Positions 40,248 through 50,700 of a DNA stretch of 64,000 bases are shown here, in pieces. Origin of the DNA: a virus. The DNA lies in IMG/VR virus record IMGVR_UViG_3300027788_000010, positions 1 to 64,000 of that record. One strand, given 5' to 3'. Position numbers and translations under genes: made by a program. Positions within the stretch are counted from its first letter, which is position 1. Each line of letters starts with the position of its first letter. The notes beneath the pieces are model-generated. The model had not been told where the DNA came from and ran no database searches. It was given only the letters and a program-made list of their open reading frames with translations.

Positions 40248-41276
40248 TTAGATTTTTTTAAATTTATTTTTTTCAATCCTTGTTAGTCTTAAGAATGGTT
40301 CAGTAAAGTTTATGAAAGATTTATCAGAATTTCCAATAAAATTAAATAAACCATCATCCATCATCATCCTTAATAGGTTTTTGTATGAACGCCCTTCTGG
40401 GTCCATATTTTCATTTATTAATTGTTTAATTTCTTTTTTTTCTTCTTCGGCCAACAGAGTATTGTCTAAATCCACTAGTAGTTTATTTCTTTTAAAGAAC
40501 CAATCCCCTAATTCACCCTCTTTTGTAATACCTTTTATAATATTTTTTAACCTAAAATTCTTATCACCACCTTCAAACCTCTGTTTACAAATGTATAAAA
40601 ATTCTTCAACACTAATTTCTTTATTTGTTATTTCTGGAGCTAAATTTATTAACGTTTTAATCCCCACACCTTTAACCCCAGTTATATCGTCAGAAGAATC
40701 ACCACACACAATTTTAATTAATTTTATATTTTCTACAGGTATTATATGTTTTTCAAATTTAATTTTATCACCAATTTTAACTATGTCTAAATTATTTAAA
40801 AGTTTTAAACTAACACCACCACCAACTAGTTGTGTTAAGTCCCTATCGTTAGATAAAACAACAATATCTTCACGATTATCAATATCTATTTGTTGTGAGT
40901 TAGCTTTACAGTAAAAAGCTAAACAATCATCTGCTTCATGACCTTTAAATTCACATTGTCTAATAAAAACTTCTTCTAGGTATTGTTGCAGTCTGACTTT
41001 TTGGGAAAATAGGGATTCTCTTTTTTCGTCGGTTAATCTTTTGTTGGTTCTTTTTGATTTGTAAGGCGGGTATATTTTTCTCCTATTTGCACTATTTTTC
41101 TCACCATCCCAGGTTACCACAACCTTATTAAAGTTATGTTCTACTATTAATTTTTTTATGGTATTTAAAAAATAGAAGACAGCACCTGGTGCGTGTTCTT
41201 TGTCTTGGAAGTTTTTTAATCCATGAAACCCTAACATTAATAATGAGTTACCGTCAACAAGAAGAGTTTTTGTCAA
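40248..41276 (-). CDS. 5'-3' exonuclease / flap endonuclease (T4 RNase H, PolI 5' nuclease family)
   Basis: LLVDGNSL; WDG; RRKIYPPYK; EADD; SNDRDLTQL; GDSSDDITGVKGVGIKT (helix-hairpin-helix). Confidence 0.92.
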   Translation of the reverse strand: MTKTLLVDGNSLLMLGFHGLKNFQDKEHAPGAVFYFLNTIKKLIVEHNFNKVVVTWDGEKNSANRRKIYPPYKSKRTNKRLTDEKRESLFSQKVRLQQYLEEVFIRQCEFKGHEADDCLAFYCKANSQQIDIDNREDIVVLSNDRDLTQLVGGGVSLKLLNNLDIVKIGDKIKFEKHIIPVENIKLIKIVCGDSSDDITGVKGVGIKTLINLAPEITNKEISVEEFLYICKQRFEGGDKNFRLKNIIKGITKEGELGDWFFKRNKLLVDLDNTLLAEEEKKEIKQLINENMDPEGRSYKNLLRMMMDDGLFNFIGNSDKSFINFTEPFLRLTRIEKNKFKKI

Positions 41277-41294
41277 TTTATGATGATTAAAGGG

Positions 41295-41732
41295 TTAAAT
41301 ACTATTTTCTATTTCTAAAAGTTCTATTTCAAAATTTAAATCTTTGCCAGCTAATGGATGATTCATATCTAACGTAACTTTATCTGTTGTTACTTCGAGT
41401 ATCCTAGCTTTAGTTGCTACTCCTTTGGTGGTTTTACCTTGGATTACTTCATCTATAACAAACCTAAATTCTTTTGGGAAGTCTTCTCTTGGTACTTTGA
41501 CCACAGCCTCTGGTTTTACATTTCCATAAGCTAATGAATATTCAATATTGACCGTCTTTGTTTCACCAACACTCATACCCCTAACAGTATTCTCAAAACT
41601 AGTAAGCATCTTACCCTCACCAATAATAAACTCTAGAGGTTTTTCTCTTTGTTTTGAATTATCAAATTCTGTCCCGTCTGTTAGTTTACCAACGTAATGA
41701 ACCTTTACCTTATTTCCTATATTAATTTTCAT
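41295..41732 (-). CDS. FKBP-type peptidyl-prolyl isomerase (SlyD/FkpB-like, no His-rich tail)
   Basis: VKVHYVGKLTDGTEFDNS; PLEFIIG; GMSVGE; AYG; DMNHPLAGKDLNFEIE. Confidence 0.92.
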   Translation of the reverse strand: MKINIGNKVKVHYVGKLTDGTEFDNSKQREKPLEFIIGEGKMLTSFENTVRGMSVGETKTVNIEYSLAYGNVKPEAVVKVPREDFPKEFRFVIDEVIQGKTTKGVATKARILEVTTDKVTLDMNHPLAGKDLNFEIELLEIENSI

Positions 41733-42726
41733 TTTGTTCTTCTTTTATATCGAATTCACCCCCAAACCCTAATTGTTCCGACCAAAAGGATGCGTATTCT
41801 TTTTTGTATTTTTCTATTGATTTTTTTTCTTCGGAGGTTTCCTTTCCAGCTAAAAACCCATGTGGTGCTATTAATATTTTACCATCCTCATAACCTAAAC
41901 CATTAACATGGTTTTTCATTATAGTTATTTTTGTTCTAGTGGCAAATTTTACTTTTCTTTTATCTTTAACAGCTGAGATGTTAGTGGTTCCAGCGTTTTT
42001 TTGATTACCGAACCTAAAGACTAACGTTGAGTTTAACCATAGTGCTTCCCCACCTTTAGCTTTAATTTTTGGTTGTCCAAAAGGGTTATCTGGTAATTCA
42101 ACCCATGGTTGGTTGACCACAACTAGTGTGTTGGTGTACTTACTATCCTCTCTCCTAGATTTACCAATTCTCTGGTTAATCCCCATACCAATTTTATCAG
42201 CTAAAGTCGCTGCGTTATGCATTTTACCACCCTTACCTTCAAAGGTCATCTTACACGGTATCGAACCAACAGAGTCCCACAAAAATAATAAATCATACTC
42301 TAACTCCCCCTTTTCTTGAGCGTCTAATAGTTCGTTTATATAGTCGGTAATTTGTTCTATATACTGGAAGTCGTTATTAAATAGAAAGAACCCATCCCAA
42401 TCTAACTCACCAGTCTCTTTATCTACAGTTTCCTGACAATCAAAACCCATAAGTTTAGCGTGACTAAACCCCCATTTTTGTTCGGTAATAAGAATAACCG
42501 GTAAAATCCCTTTCTTCTGAGCATCAACAGCTGTTTTAATTAAAGCTGTTGTTTTACCGGTATCCGAATGCCCTAAAAACATTTGTAGATGACCCATAGC
42601 TGGACCAGGTACTCCCGTCGCGTCAAGGAATTCTGGTCCTAGGTCGAAAAACTTATCAGCTTTGAACTTAGCTTTTTTCGAGAACTTACTTTTTATATCT
42701 GAAAAACTTTTTTTCTTTAATGCCAT
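41722..42726 (-). CDS. RecA/UvsX-like recombinase
   Basis: Walker A GHSDTGKTT; ITE; WDSVG; VVVNQ; KGGEA; KNH. Confidence 0.85.
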   Translation of the reverse strand: MALKKKSFSDIKSKFSKKAKFKADKFFDLGPEFLDATGVPGPAMGHLQMFLGHSDTGKTTALIKTAVDAQKKGILPVILITEQKWGFSHAKLMGFDCQETVDKETGELDWDGFFLFNNDFQYIEQITDYINELLDAQEKGELEYDLLFLWDSVGSIPCKMTFEGKGGKMHNAATLADKIGMGINQRIGKSRREDSKYTNTLVVVNQPWVELPDNPFGQPKIKAKGGEALWLNSTLVFRFGNQKNAGTTNISAVKDKRKVKFATRTKITIMKNHVNGLGYEDGKILIAPHGFLAGKETSEEKKSIEKYKKEYASFWSEQLGFGGEFDIKEEQNEN

Positions 42727-42737
42727 CGGTATAATTT

Positions 42738-43610
42738 TTAAAATGGTAAATCTTCGTCCGCTTTCTGGTTTGTTTGTGGGTCCACAAAGCTTTTGGTATT
42801 GTTTCCTCCCATATCTATTGTACTATTTTTTTTCATAGTAGGGTCGTCGTAAGTATATTTTTTTAACTCATTATCCCAAACTGGTTCAGCTCCTTTGGCT
42901 ATAGCTTCTAGGTATTCAACTGGTTTTTGTGAGTATACATCTTTCCAAGTTTTCTCGTTAGATGTCCACTCTTCCGATTCTGAGTTATTATCCGATAGTT
43001 TACCCGGGTCTTCATACATCACAGAAGATACTGTTGTATATTCCCCTCTCCCACCTGGTAATGGTACTGCTTGTAAAATAAGGATTAAATCTCTACCTTC
43101 ATTAACATCAGTAACATCCCCTTTATTTCTCCAAATAGGGATAATTTTATCAATTGGTCCATCACCTTTCCAATTATGTTTAAATCTCCAAAATTTAACC
43201 CCATCCTCTTCTTTATCTCTATCAATTACTTTTACTATATAAAACTTTTGTGAACGATATTGTCTTGCTAATTCTTTTGATTGTTCATCACCAGCTAATT
43301 TAAGTGCTTCTTCTACTTCATTTAACGGACTTCTATCTCCGGTTGGTTTACCTGTAGAGTCTTTACCTGGGTCATAAATTTTCATCCACCTACCTTGCAC
43401 TTGTGTGTTGTGAAAAAACACTTCTTTAAATGGGGAACTGCCGTCTGTTGTCGGTAGTATTCTGATTCTTTTTTCACCTTGTTTGGTACCTTTAGGTAAT
43501 GCAATAGTGAAATATTGTTTTAGTCTATCTTCGTCCGACATTCTTGGTTTTGAAGATGATTCTTGTTTGTTTTTTTCGTATTGGGCTAATACGGCGTCTA
43601 GTGAACTCAT
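42738..43610 (-). CDS. Single-stranded DNA-binding protein (T4 gp32-like)
   Basis: IRILP..PFKEVFFH; KFYIVKVIDR; KFWRF; D..EGRD; acidic tail ending DEDLPF. Confidence 0.85.
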   Translation of the reverse strand: MSSLDAVLAQYEKNKQESSSKPRMSDEDRLKQYFTIALPKGTKQGEKRIRILPTTDGSSPFKEVFFHNTQVQGRWMKIYDPGKDSTGKPTGDRSPLNEVEEALKLAGDEQSKELARQYRSQKFYIVKVIDRDKEEDGVKFWRFKHNWKGDGPIDKIIPIWRNKGDVTDVNEGRDLILILQAVPLPGGRGEYTTVSSVMYEDPGKLSDNNSESEEWTSNEKTWKDVYSQKPVEYLEAIAKGAEPVWDNELKKYTYDDPTMKKNSTIDMGGNNTKSFVDPQTNQKADEDLPF

Positions 43611-43647
43611 AGTAATTTAATTTTTATTTAGTTTTTATTTTCATTTA

Positions 43648-43676
43648 AATATAAGGAACTTATTTCGTCTTGTCAA
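43648..43676 (-). promoter_or_regulatory. Host-RNAP-type promoter for the replication block
   Basis: Minus strand TTGACA-N17-TATATT (also readable as TTG-N20-TATATTTA), just downstream of a terminator. Confidence 0.65.
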
Positions 43677-43700
43677 TTAAGAAGTGATAATTTTTAACAT

Positions 43701-43725
43701 AAAAAAAAGCCCTTAGTAGGGCTTT
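43701..43725 (-). terminator. Rho-independent terminator
   Basis: Minus strand AAAGCCCT-ACTA-AGGGCTTT followed by a T run, directly after the 43752 gene. Confidence 0.85.
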
Positions 43726-43751
43726 AAATTTACTAAATATTTTACTTTTTA

Positions 43752-44483
43752 TCAAATATCAAAACTATTTTTTATGTCACCATCGGAGTAGTTTTGTACA
43801 TCACTAGCTTTTAACACGTAACTATCTTTACCCTGTTCTTTAAACTTATCTTGACTATCATCCCAATAATCACTTAGTGTTTGGTTGTATGGCCCGGAAT
43901 CTTGTTTTCTTAACGACATCTTTTCCTCTTCTGTTTTTGGTCTATTTTTTTCTATTTTTTTTTCTAGATTGTTAATTTGTTTCATTAAAGTATCCATACC
44001 ACTTAATTTATCTTCCATAGTACCTAACATACTCATTAAGGAATCTAATTTTTCATTACTACTATTAACCACATCAACAGTTTCACCTTGTTTACTTACT
44101 AATTCTGTAACGTCTAATTCGGTGGTGTCCGTATCTGTAGTTTCTGTATCTGTAGTTTCTGTATCTGTAGTTTCTGTATCTGTAGTTTCTGTATCTGTAG
44201 TTTCTGTATCACTAGAATCACCATCCACATCTACCGGTGGTTCTGGCATTTCTGGAAATTCGCTATCTGTGGTGTCTGTAGTTTCAACATCAACATCTTC
44301 TTGTTCAGACATTTCTTGTTGTCTTATTTTGTATTTTTCTAGTCTTTCTGAAGACCCTAAATTATCTACAAACCCAGAACCACCACCTAAACCACCCACC
44401 TGTTCCTCTAAATGTATAGAGTTGTATGATATCTGGTTAAATCTGTTTAGTTCTTCGGTTAATTTGTTTTTTAGATTATCCAT
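43752..44483 (-). CDS. Acidic coiled-coil protein with DTETT repeats (possible head-core/scaffold-like protein)
   Basis: Highly acidic; heptad-like region LDSLMSMLGTMEDKL...LEKKIE; LTEE/LEEQ/MSEQ motifs. Confidence 0.6.
   Translation of the reverse strand: MDNLKNKLTEELNRFNQISYNSIHLEEQVGGLGGGSGFVDNLGSSERLEKYKIRQQEMSEQEDVDVETTDTTDSEFPEMPEPPVDVDGDSSDTETTDTETTDTETTDTETTDTETTDTDTTELDVTELVSKQGETVDVVNSSNEKLDSLMSMLGTMEDKLSGMDTLMKQINNLEKKIEKNRPKTEEEKMSLRKQDSGPYNQTLSDYWDDSQDKFKEQGKDSYVLKASDVQNYSDGDIKNSFDI
44131..44210. repeat. 15-bp perfect tandem repeat (GTATCTGTAGTTTCT, 5.3 copies) encoding DTETT
   Basis: Directly visible: five identical units plus GTATC. Confidence 0.95.
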
Positions 44484-44721
44484 TTAGTAATTGTTTGACG
44501 TCTCCGTTTGGTGACTCTACTTGTACCTTTTTATTAAGCATTACCCCATTTTCATTTCTTTCTATTAAACCATCTCTAGTCCTCACAGTATAACACACCC
44601 CAGTATCTAAATCACACACTTCTTTACTTGTGTTGTCCATAGTACTAGATTTTTCAACAACATTAGCTGTATTTTTACCTATAAACTTACTTAATTTGTT
44701 TTTTAAATCTTCTGATATCAT
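44476..44721 (-). CDS. Small hypothetical protein
   Basis: 81 aa with EVCDLDTGVCY. Preceded by a TATTTATT motif and overlaps the next gene. Confidence 0.65.
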   Translation of the reverse strand: MISEDLKNKLSKFIGKNTANVVEKSSTMDNTSKEVCDLDTGVCYTVRTRDGLIERNENGVMLNKKVQVESPNGDVKQLLNG

Positions 44722-44773
44722 AATTTCTTTTATTAATAAATATTAATTAATTTATTTAAATTCTTTTTTACTG

Positions 44774-47700
44774 TTAACCAATTTCAGTTATGTAATCACT
44801 ATCGAATTTATCTGGGTTTAAATACTCCATTTTTTCCGATAAATTTTCATCTATAACATACCTCCGTATCTCATAATGTAAGTGAGTACCACTAGAATTT
44901 CCAGTGTTACCCATATTACCCAAAAACTGTCCTTTTGTTATAGCCGTACCAACGTTATTCGCTATAAACGATTTATCTTTAAAATGAGCTAAAACAAATT
45001 CGTATTTAGATACAGCGTCTTTAACCCAAGAAGAAGTGTCTGTTTGTTTTATTAATGTTCTTGTTATGTAAACGTGATTACCATACCCACCACCACAAGC
45101 TTTTCCAGTACCAACTTTACAACCACCATATTTCTTACTTAAAATCCCAGTTACTGGTGAGGTTATTGCTATTTCTTCACCTTTAAATTCTTGTTTAGGT
45201 GAGTAATCAACCCCCTTATGTAACCTACCTTTTCGTTTCGCTTCAAATATTTGTGCTCCACTTGGTTTTACGATTTTACTTAGGTTCACTGGGTCTTTTA
45301 CTTCAATACCCAATATATTAATTTTTATGATGTCTTCTTCATCGTTTAGTTGTGTTATCGAATTACCGACTAAATCAAAAGAATCTAGACCATCAGTAAC
45401 GTTACCAACATCCTCAGTTTCACTTTCTTTTAGATTTTTAAGTAAAGTTTCTTGTATCCCAGATAATAGGTCAGTAACTTTAGGTAATGATGGTATCCCC
45501 ACCCGAACACCGGTAAATGTTGTGGTCATTTCACCATTTGATATTGAGTGGTTGACATCCATAATCAAATAAGGACCACTAAACATAGGTATATATCTTA
45601 GTTGAAAGTACGTTGTTGGTTGTATTAGAGCGTTACCAAAACATGTAACCTTACATTGGTATGACCTGGATTTATATAAGTTAAATAGGTTAAGTGAGTT
45701 TGTCGCTACTTTTGAACCACTAGCTAGTTTACCCATGTCTTCTATTATTATAAAAGATTCACTAGTGTTTGGGAACTCTGTTTGGTCTAGCGATATATCT
45801 TGGAATATTTGTTGGTTTGGTATACCGAAGTCCACAGCAAATGCCATTACTTTATTTTCTAAATTTAAACTTTCGGGGTCGGTAGGTGGTTTATTATTTA
45901 TTAATGGGTTTGGACTAACTCTATCTAGAATAAAAGAATCATTATTGAAACCGTACGTTGGGGTTTTTATATCTAGGTTTGTTGATGGTGGCCCAACATA
46001 TTGACATAAGTATACTGGTGAAGAGTCGGTTGTGTCTACCTCTTTAAACGCACCAAACATAGCATTACCCTGTTTTGCGGTTTCATTACCTTCGATATTA
46101 TAAAAATTAATGTATGAAGGTAGTGGTATCCAGTTAAAGAAATTTGTCCGACACATATTACTCATAAATGCACTTATGTTCTGGTTAACCGAAACAGAGC
46201 CTGGTGACTCTGAAGCTAGTGCCAAACCTTTAAACACATAAATATCACCAACAGCCTCGTTACCAATATCCATATTTCTCCTATCTAAAAACAAAAACCT
46301 TTCAAATATTGTGTTGTAGTACGGTACCCCACCATTAGATGTTGAGGTTGGTTTTTTTAAATCCGACCCTTGTACTTCTGTACCAGCAATCCATTTATCG
46401 TTAAATGTTTTAAATGATTGATATAATTCTAATTTTAGATTATCTCCATCAATTTTTGGTCTTTCTGGGTCCTCATCAACCTCACCCCTTAATTTACCTA
46501 ACGGGTCTATTTTCGAAACCTCCTTTAAAAAATTATTTATATAAACATTTCTTTCAACATCAAAATTAGTGTCCTGTAAATTTTTTAAAATAACCACAAA
46601 ATCTTGCTTACTAGTGGGGGTTACTAAATTAGCACAAGTTGTAACATAATATTTAAGTATTTGAGCAAAAGAAAATACTGTGATAGGTGATATGTCAAAA
46701 TTCACAAAAAACTGAAAACATAGGTTACACACATTCTGGAATTGTGTTGGTGTCCCAAATTCTTCTTTAGTCATAACCACTTCCCCAATCTCCATTTGGA
46801 ATTGAACGTCTAGATACCCTACAGGCCAATCTGTCGCAATATACTTAGGTAAGTTGTATGATTCTTTAATTTTTCCTTTATCTAATAAAAGACCAATTAA
46901 TTGATTTGTTGGTGTTCCACCACCTTGACCATCTAACCTTGTTATTATGTCAAACCCATTTACCGAACCATGTTTATATATAATCGTCTGATTTAAAAAA
47001 ACGTCATTAATATTTAAAAATTGTGATAATTGTGCGTTTGCTATGTCCTGTGTGGTGTGTGTTATGTTACCGGTAATCTCAGTAACGTATTCTTTTGGTA
47101 CCACCATTATTTTCTTAAATATTTCTATAAATGAAGTATACTGCCCATCTACGATACTAGCGTTAGGGTTTTTTGTTGTTGAAAACTTTATAAATTCGTC
47201 TTCAAACTTTTCTAGGACTTGGGTTGGGAAAATAGATAGTAACTCATTAAAACTTTCATAATTACTAGATGTTGTTGTTGTTAAATTAATGCTCCAAGCG
47301 TCTTGCTCTACTTTAGCGTTATTTACCCTTTTAAAGTAATTACTCCAAGGAACCCTACCATATATAGCTCCATAATTGGTTCCTGATTTAACATCAAAAG
47401 AACCAAATCCAGCACCCGCCCATAAAAATCTCGCACTACCATCAAAAGCTGCTGTTGTTATATTATCACCTATATATTCTAAATCAGAATTAACTAGACC
47501 ACCACTTGACGGGTACAGTATGTAGTATGGGTTTGTTGCGGGGTCTAATTCTTGTACACCAAACCCAGATGGTATGTTATTCGAATCTGCGTATGTCGTA
47601 TAAAAACTATACTCCACTCCGTCAACCTCAACTTTTGGTATTTCTTCTTTTACAATCTCCATTATGTATCCACCTAGGAAATTTGTTTGTAAATCCTGTA

Positions 47701-50700
47701 CTGGTACCCACGTACCGACTGTAGGTAATATATTACTACCTGTTATAATGTTATGGGTCATAGATATTAATCTAGGCCATAACCCTAATGTCTGTTGGTT
47801 TATATCTAGACCTGGTAGCACATTACCGTTATCTGAATAGTCAAACCAACCATAACCATTTGAATATGCTGGGTCAACATACCATTCGTTACATCTAATA
47901 TCACCATCATTACCCATAGTACCACCATCACCAGAACCTAACCCACCAAAAACAGAAAATTCTTCTGGTGTTTCATTTTTATAATTCCACCACAAAGAAC
48001 CAATTTTCAAAATAAAACTATATGGTAATTCGTGATATGAAGCCAGTTGTTTGATTAATTGTGCTACATACCCACCATATTGGTGTTTACCACTAAAACC
48101 AATTATAGTTTTTTCTAGTGTACTTGTTATTGGTAAAGAGTTTAAGTAGAGATATGCGGCGTCACTATAAGCACCGGTTGTATTACCAGCGTTTACGTTT
48201 TGCCCACCTCTATAAATTGCATTTGCAAACCAAGGTGTGTTAAGCATAGAAACTGACTGCCTAGATAAAGACTCTGATAGGTTGTTAATACCTTCTGTTA
48301 ATGACTGATTTAAAATGTCTTGTTTTGTATCGTAGTAGGCGGACCAATTATCCTTAGTTGTGAAAGATTTTACAACAGATAATTCATTTATAACCTGATT
48401 ATATAAATCAATATTTTCAATTTCAGACTTCCAATTCCAATTTGTAAAAAAATAATTATGGTTTGTCGTCCCATAGACTCTTGAAGCTGACGGGATGGTT
48501 AACTTATCTATATCGTAAAATTTTTGTCCTGTTATTGTTATTGAATCGGCTAATTTTACTTTTAGTTGGTTTATGTTTCTGAAATTAAATGGGTAAAAGT
48601 CAAAGTCCCCATCTTCGGTTTTTTTACCCTTCCTATATAAATCAACATATTTTAGGTATTCACCATTATCCACATTTGTGTTAAATATTGTTGATGTGGC
48701 GTATAGTCCGTAATTAGTCCCAGGAATACTAGTGTTTTGTAAATTTTTATTTCTAATATACAATGTGTTTATTACATTATTTTCCCAATTTTCATATCGT
48801 TCTGGTGAATCTTTTTTTAACTCTCTAAATAGGGAATCCCATTTTAAATTATTACCACTAAAAAATTCTGACATTTTAAAATCAGATTCTAATATTTTAG
48901 TTAAATTTTTACTATCGTTCTTAGAGGCCTCTAAAACCGTATCAGTCATACTTTTTTCACCACTAGCTAAAGATTTATACCCAGAAACACCAACATAATT
49001 CACAAAATCTTCTGCCCTATCTACAATCTCCCATAGTATATCATTTTTTGTTTTGTTATTGTCATAAACTTTATCGTTAAATGGGTACTCCCTTACGGAG
49101 ATTGGTATCGACCCTAGGTATGTTGCTTCGTTAATTGTTGGGAAAACTTTATCAGCCTCTTTAAAGTTAGCTACTTTAGTATATTCCTCAATAAATTGAA
49201 TCTCAGGCCAAAGTAGTGGGTTATAAGCTTCGGTTTTTGATAGGCTACCGGAAGCTCCTGGATATGTCAATACTAATTCACCTGTTTCATCGTTAGATTC
49301 ATAATATTGTGGCCAAGGAAAACATTGGTTCTCAAACCTACTGGGTGTGTCTTGGAATCCGGCTTTAGTTGGTCCGGTGACCGACTCTATTCTTTTTTCA
49401 CTAAATCTCTGGTCAAAAGCTTTTGTATGAACATTATCCATCAATCTTAGATATGTATCTACACCTGAAATTAAAACCGCTGATAGGTTTCTCATCGACG
49501 GGTAGAACTCTAAAACCTCAATAAATGTTTTGTTTAGTTTTTCAGTTACACTAGTCTGTATGTCTTTAAAATTTTTATCAAATTCCTCGAAAACTCTAGT
49601 GTACGTCCCACCAAAACTTTTTGGTGTTACATCCAACACGTAGTACCCTTTTGCTGGTATCTGGTCTAAATTATTGGCCTGATTATTTTTAGCTCTTTGG
49701 TTATATACCGTGAAATTGTCTATCGATGTGATAGCCCCTTTACCCCCTAACTTACCAAATGTTCTATTCTCATTTAACACTTTTTTATACCCCTCCAAAA
49801 GGTATTCTAATTTAGATTCAGCGTTTTTTATGTATTCATCATCTACAGCTTTTAATTTCATAGCTACAGCTTTCTTTGATTTTTCGTTAATATTTTGATT
49901 GTTAGATGATATGGTAATATCCAAAGGTATATATTCACTTTCATCTTTCGTTATAAAAGTAGAAACCCAACCATCTTGACCGAATATACTATTGTATAAA
50001 TCTTTTAATTTACCACTATATAATTTTTGGTCATTTGTGAATTGTAAATCAACTTTATTTAATTTCTCACCCAACCTATCGGTAAACTTATCAACTTTTT
50101 CAATTAGTTCATTAATTGTTAGGTGTGGAAAATCTTGTGGTATTAATTTTTTTAATTTATATATATTATAAACCTCATTTAAAGTTTTTCTACCTAAACT
50201 TTCACCCAATTCACCATCGACCCCGGAGGATAAGTTAGGGTACATATATGGAGCAAGCATAGCTTGTTGTACGTTAATATCATTTAATAAAGCTATATGG
50301 TTACCTATAAAAGTACCCCTCATTTTAAAATCACCAGTACTACTGTCAAAAGAGGTTGTGAAGTTAGTTAACGCTAATTGATACTTTACAGCCTTCCCAT
50401 AGTACCCTTTAATTGTTAACTCGAATACTGGGTATGGTAAATGAAAAAAAGCTGTATATGGTGTGTTTGCTTCTGCTTGTTCGAATAAGGTCTTACCCCT
50501 AATATCGACAAAATCTATATTTACTTCTGGAACAAAAGAAGATGATATATTTATCTCTATACTTCTAATACCAAAACCCTGAAAATCATTTCTACTATCT
50601 ATAGATTTAGATGTGAAAGTTTGACCTTTATCACTAACATCTTGTTTTCTTTTAATTTTATTTACATTTGTATCTGTAAAAGCTTCCGTCCAATCACTAT

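Noticed and set aside
36492-42726. Inteins or introns in the RNR, helicase or recombinase
   Set aside because: Lengths are normal, catalytic motifs are contiguous, and there are no intein splice motifs or homing endonuclease ORFs.
44131-44210. Tandem repeat as a CRISPR array or origin iterons
   Set aside because: There are no spacers. The unit is a multiple of three and lies in frame within a coding linker.
35717-44487. Long + strand ORFs (35717..36340, 40312..40914, 43885..44487) and many shorter ones elsewhere
   Set aside because: They are antisense shadows of well-supported minus-strand genes, with Ser/Leu/Phe/Ile-biased translations and no motifs.
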